The notes beneath the pieces were generated by a model, which saw nothing but the letters and a program-made list of their open reading frames with translations, was not told the origin of the DNA and ran no database searches. The position numbers and the translations under genes are program-made. Source: Antedon mediterranea (taxonomy: Eukaryota > Animalia > Echinodermata). From it: a stretch of 64,000 nt of DNA. The stretch is taken from assembly GCF_964355755.1 (NCBI RefSeq), contig NC_092679.1:14305432-14369431 (forward strand), written 5' to 3'. Of the stretch, positions 62,809-64,000 are shown piece after piece (position 1 is the stretch's first letter; every line of letters begins with the position of its first letter).

Positions 62809-63008
62809 TCTACTAATTCTACAAATTTCATACTGTACTGTTTTGGTTTGTATGACAATAAAAGATCTGTATCTGTACAATGGAAATAAGTTTGACAATT
62901 GGTTACTTTTTGTGCTACCCTGAATCCATTGAAATCGAATAAAGAAATGAAATGAAAAATAAGCCTTAACGTTCCTTTTAAAAACCATATTAATTTTGTC
63001 TTTTTCAG

Positions 63009-63146
63009 GCATTGTCTTATCTAAACGAGGCGCAAGAATTGATCAAGACACTTGACACGGGAGTGAAACCCCTGAGTGATGACGTCAACGAGAACATCAC
63101 GGTAGATAGGTATGCACGTGCGCACGTGGAAAGCACAACGGGACAG
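63009..63146 (+). CDS. ADCY10: ADCY10-like exon following the giant intron (not in the ORF track)
   Basis: tctttttcag acceptor, CAG/gtaaat donor, 138 nt, phase 0; ALSYLNEAQELIKTL...ARAHVESTTGQ continues the NNLQ end of exon 11505-11712. Confidence 0.9.
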
Positions 63147-63625
63147 GTAAATTTAATGTAAACTAAACTATTATCACCTTATAAAAATAACGAACGTTTT
63201 TTAGTAGGCCTACAATGGTATAAATATTTTCATTAGGTGAAAGATGAAAATGTTATATTTGAGGTGAAGCCGATAGGAAATACAACAAATTCTTGTACTG
63301 AATGAAATTATTTGTGCTATTGTACAATTATGAAACATTCAATATTTTATAATTTAAAACTCCAATCAAATGAAAGTATACATTATACTTGGATACTATG
63401 ATTAACGACCCGAATCTTTACGATTTCTAATAGGTATTATAAGTATTTTAATTTATAGGGCTTTTATCTAATTTTTATTTCATTTCGGTTTAAATGTTAT
63501 TGACTGTAGCAGTTTTATATGTTTTATTTTGTTTGGTTTGTTGTTTCACTTTATTATACCGAAAAAAGGTCATCATGACGTACTAGCTAACTTTTAATTC
63601 AGGCTATTTCATTTTTTAACCCTTA

Positions 63626-64000
63626 AGCTTTGTTCCCACTAGAACGTAACGCAAGGACGTAAACGCAACACAAGCGTTTTAACCAATGACAAGCGAAGTT
63701 ATAGACAGTTAGCAATCACAAGCGAATAAGCCATCGCTTGTGATTGGTAAAATTCACTTGCGTTGCGTTACGTCCTTGTGTTGCGTCGCTAGTGGGAACC
63801 ACTCTTTAAGCTTTGTTCCCACTAGGACGTAACGCAAAGACGTAAAGGCATCCTGTAATTGGCGATTTTTTGCTGTTGGATTTGGTTGAAATAAAACAAA
63901 TAAATAAATAAAAGATAAATAAACGCAACGTAAGCGAGTATCGCCATATCGCTTGTGATTGGTCAACTCACTTTTACGTCCTTGCGTTACGTCTCTAGTG
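63626..64000. mobile_element. Two adjacent palindromic MITEs (PIF/Harbinger-Tourist-like), 63626-63805 and 63809 to the window end
   Basis: TIR AGCTTTGTTCCCACTAG...CTAGTGGGAACC; TTA before, and between, the two copies. Confidence 0.75.

Overview
AT-rich animal genomic DNA, probably a marine invertebrate; the species cannot be assigned from sequence. The + strand carries ten internal, phase-compatible exons of a soluble adenylyl cyclase (ADCY10/sAC-like) gene. One intron (11713-63008, about 51 kb) is almost filled by a ~47 kb tandem array of a ~422-430 bp unit, about 81 copies by manual count. Each unit holds an intron-containing tRNA-Tyr(GTA) on + and a tRNA-Glu on -. The Glu genes occur as two isoacceptors (CTC and TTC) on the same tRNA body. 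The array is interrupted by a full-length CR1-type LINE, present twice because of a near-identical 9,845-bp tandem duplication, by a 902-bp long-TIR MITE inside a tRNA-Glu, and by a 2.3-kb TIR element with a 4-bp TSD. It ends next to a tRNA-Val(TAC) and a 32-bp minisatellite. Dispersed tRNA-Tyr copies and decayed units lie in upstream introns. The most notable signals are the giant intronic two-tRNA array with anticodon switching, and a CR1 ORF2 that has no AUG before its endonuclease domain but opens at a CCC_UUU_CGG +1-frameshift-like motif at the end of ORF1. All counts and alignments were done by eye.
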